Assembly: GCF_003334255.1 (NCBI RefSeq)
Contig: NZ_QOWU01000195.1
Direction: 5' to 3' (one strand)
DNA length: 725 nucleotides
Source: Escherichia coli
GTDB lineage: Bacteria > Pseudomonadota > Gammaproteobacteria > Enterobacterales > Enterobacteriaceae
Below the pieces are notes generated by a model. That model saw only the letters and a program-made list of their open reading frames with translations. It was not told the DNA's origin and ran no database searches. This document shows, one piece after another, positions 1-725 of the stretch (positions are counted from its first letter, which is position 1; the number at the start of each line of letters is the position of its first letter). Made by a program: the position numbers and the translations under genes.

Positions 1-635
1 ATACGCTTCCAGTCTTCGCGGTCGTTGTCGATAACTTCATTTTTTGCCCAGCGATGGATGCTGCCGTCAATGTTTCCGGCATCCACATCACCAGGCCAGA
101 GAGCGTAGGCCAGTTCGTCATCCAGTGTTTTCCATGTCTGCTTGTATTCGCGATGAATGGCAGCAATGACCGGGCTGATTTTTCCTGTTGAATTTTCAGT
201 GTGCTGTTGATTGGTTCTGGCGCGGGCGAGATCAACAACAGACGTGTATTTTCCGGTTTCCTTGCGTTCACCTTCGCGACGTTTTTTCCAGATGCGCATC
301 TCTGCCTGAATTTCGGGCCATTTGGCACCAGGCTTACATTTATGCTTAACCCACCCGATGGCATGCAGCTTAAGCTCCGGATACATGGCGTTAACTTCTG
401 GCATTTTCATCAACGCTTCAACAATATGTCCGTCGAATGTTGCCATGTCTTCCTGCAACAATTCCTGTGCGCTAATAACCATATCAACGGTGATGTTTTC
501 ACATGTGTCGAACTTAACCATGACAGCGTTCTGTACTTCAGGGGCCAGCTTGTCAAAAGTGACGTTCATCGGATCTGATTCAGTCTCAACCGGGACAAAG
601 GAAGCAGACTCCTCATCCCAGCGGTTTTCCTGCAT
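1..635 (-). CDS. Uncharacterized protein, N-terminal 211 codons; partial CDS whose C-terminus lies beyond position 1
   Basis: Seen in sequence: the minus-strand frame is open across 1..671, with the upstream in-frame stop (TAA, complement 674-672) inside the IS1 end. The first ATG is at complement 635-633. Translation: MQENRWDEESASFVPVETESDPMNVTFDKLAPEVQNAVMVKFDTCENITVDMVISAQELLQEDMATFDGHIVEALMKMPEVNAMYPELKLHAIGWVKHKCKPGAKWPEIQAEMRIWKKRREGERKETGKYTSVVDLARARTNQQHTENSTGKISPVIAAIHREYKQTWKTLDDELAYALWPGDVDAGNIDGSIHRWAKNEVIDNDREDWKR, then 2 nt of the next codon. Composition is protein-like (balanced, many D/E/K/R/W) with enterobacterial-style codons (ctg, gaa, aaa, ccg). Both + strand track ORFs are antisense to it and have shadow-ORF composition (F/C/H-rich). 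The start codon is uncertain: there is no strong Shine-Dalgarno before ATG 635 (only a weak GGA about 12-14 nt upstream), and there are alternative in-frame starts at TTG complement 662-660 (inside IS1) and ATG complement 569-567. No catalytic or nucleotide-binding motif recognised by eye. Confidence 0.7.
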   Translation of the reverse strand, partial: MQENRWDEESASFVPVETESDPMNVTFDKLAPEVQNAVMVKFDTCENITVDMVISAQELLQEDMATFDGHIVEALMKMPEVNAMYPELKLHAIGWVKHKCKPGAKWPEIQAEMRIWKKRREGERKETGKYTSVVDLARARTNQQHTENSTGKISPVIAAIHREYKQTWKTLDDELAYALWPGDVDAGNIDGSIHRWAKNEVIDNDREDWKR

Positions 636-648
636 ATATTCAGCATCC

Positions 649-671
649 GGTGATGCTGCCAACTTACTGAT
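649..671 (+). repeat. IS1 left terminal inverted repeat (IRL), 23 bp
   Basis: Sequence GGTGATGCTGCCAACTTACTGAT at 649-671. The partner IRR should lie about 745 bp downstream, outside the window, so the inverted-repeat pairing cannot be verified here. Confidence 0.85.
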
Positions 672-672
672 T
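660..672 (-). promoter_or_regulatory. IHF-like binding site inside the IS1 IRL
   Basis: Minus strand reads AATCAGTAAGTTG, against the IHF consensus WATCAANNNNTTR (one mismatch, G for A at position 6). Established knowledge: IHF binds within the ends of IS1. The match is by eye only. Confidence 0.4.
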
Positions 673-677
673 TAGTG

Positions 678-683
678 TATGAT
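678..683 (+). promoter_or_regulatory. Candidate -10 hexamer of the insA promoter (TATGAT)
   Basis: TATGAT is a 5/6 match to TATAAT, sitting 20 nt upstream of the insA GTG. No good -35 lies at 16-18 bp spacing (GCTGCC and CTGCCA are poor), consistent with a weak promoter overlapping the IRL and InsA operator as described for IS1. Exact promoter placement is not certain from sequence alone. Confidence 0.3.
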
Positions 684-692
684 GGTGTTTTT

Positions 693-698
693 GAGGTG
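693..698 (+). promoter_or_regulatory. Shine-Dalgarno (ribosome-binding site) for insA
   Basis: GAGG(TG) at 693-698, leaving a 5-7 nt spacer before the GTG start at 704. This is standard spacing. Confidence 0.6.
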
Positions 699-703
699 CT
701 CCA

Positions 704-725
704 GTGGCTTCTGTTTCTATCAGCT
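704..725 (+). CDS. insA: InsA (IS1 transposition repressor, also the N-terminal part of the InsAB' frameshift transposase); first 7 codons only
   Basis: GTG start at 704-706 followed by gct tct gtt tct atc agc, giving M-A-S-V-S-I-S, which matches the known InsA N-terminus MASVSISCPSC. The last base, 725, begins the next codon. Preceded by a GAGGTG Shine-Dalgarno. Confidence 0.85.

Larger units (their letters stand above)
649..725 (+). mobile_element. IS1 insertion sequence, left end (partial; element continues beyond the window end)
   Basis: Seen in sequence: 649-671 GGTGATGCTGCCAACTTACTGAT matches the canonical IS1 left inverted repeat as I recall it. The following bases TTAGTGTATGATGGTGTTTTTGAGGTGCTCCAGTGGCTTCTGTTTCTATCAGCT match the IS1 leader and insA start. 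Established knowledge: IS1 is about 768 bp with about 23-bp imperfect terminal IRs and insA as the first gene after IRL. Identity is from memory; no search was run. Confidence 0.9.

Noticed and set aside
291-300. Perfect 10-bp palindrome gatgcgcatc
   Set aside because: It is short, lies inside the coding region (codons for E-M-R-I on the minus strand), and has no flanking operator-like context or partner repeat. Consistent with chance.
567-569. Internal ATG (M23, MNVTFDKL...) as the true start of the minus-strand gene
   Set aside because: Not rejected outright but not adopted: its upstream region (gagactgaatcagatccg) has no better Shine-Dalgarno than ATG 635, and the frame is open upstream. 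Kept as an alternative start in the CDS evidence.
201-578. Track ORF on the + strand, 125 aa, GTG start (MLLIGSGAGEINNRRVFSGF...)
   Set aside because: It is entirely antisense to the longer minus-strand CDS. Its composition is typical of a shadow ORF (F/H/C/N-rich, low complexity, few charged residues), it uses a GTG start with no evident Shine-Dalgarno, and I recognise no family. Most likely a non-coding antisense frame.
322-675. Track ORF on the + strand, 117 aa, TTG start (MAPGLHLCLTHPMACSLSSG...)
   Set aside because: It is antisense to the minus-strand CDS and is S/C/T-rich and low complexity. It also runs across the IS1 boundary, terminating at TAG 673-675 inside the IRL, so its C-terminus would be encoded by the insertion sequence. 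That makes it implausible as a native gene.
649-725. Possibility that the window is pACYC-type cloning-vector sequence
   Set aside because: Only the IS1-derived bases match. The bases immediately outside the IRL and the whole minus-strand gene do not correspond to the vector junction as I remember it. Treated as a natural IS1 copy pending a UniVec search.
1-725. Search for tRNA or rRNA genes, CRISPR repeats, rho-independent terminators and tandem repeats
   Set aside because: No direct repeats with regular spacers, no GC-rich stem-loop followed by a T-tract, and no cloverleaf-like or rRNA-like segments recognised by eye. The window is almost fully accounted for by one CDS and the IS1 end.

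Overview
This 725-bp window holds two divergently oriented elements. The first is an uncharacterized partial CDS on the minus strand (complement 1..635, at least 211 codons, running off the window at position 1); it is absent from the supplied ORF track only because it has no stop codon inside the window. The second is the left end of an IS1 insertion sequence on the + strand (649..725), comprising the 23-bp terminal inverted repeat, the insA Shine-Dalgarno and the GTG start with the first seven codons (MASVSIS). The IS1 end lies only 13 bp from the ATG of the minus-strand gene, so the gene's native upstream region is missing or displaced. The two + strand ORFs in the track (201..578, 322..675) are read as antisense shadow ORFs. 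I see no tRNA, rRNA, CRISPR array or convincing terminator. I cannot name the minus-strand protein from sequence alone, and no novel system can be asserted from this window; the most checkable points are the IS1-gene junction and the unusual charge layout of the protein. The IS1 identification rests on my recall of the canonical sequence, not on a database search.
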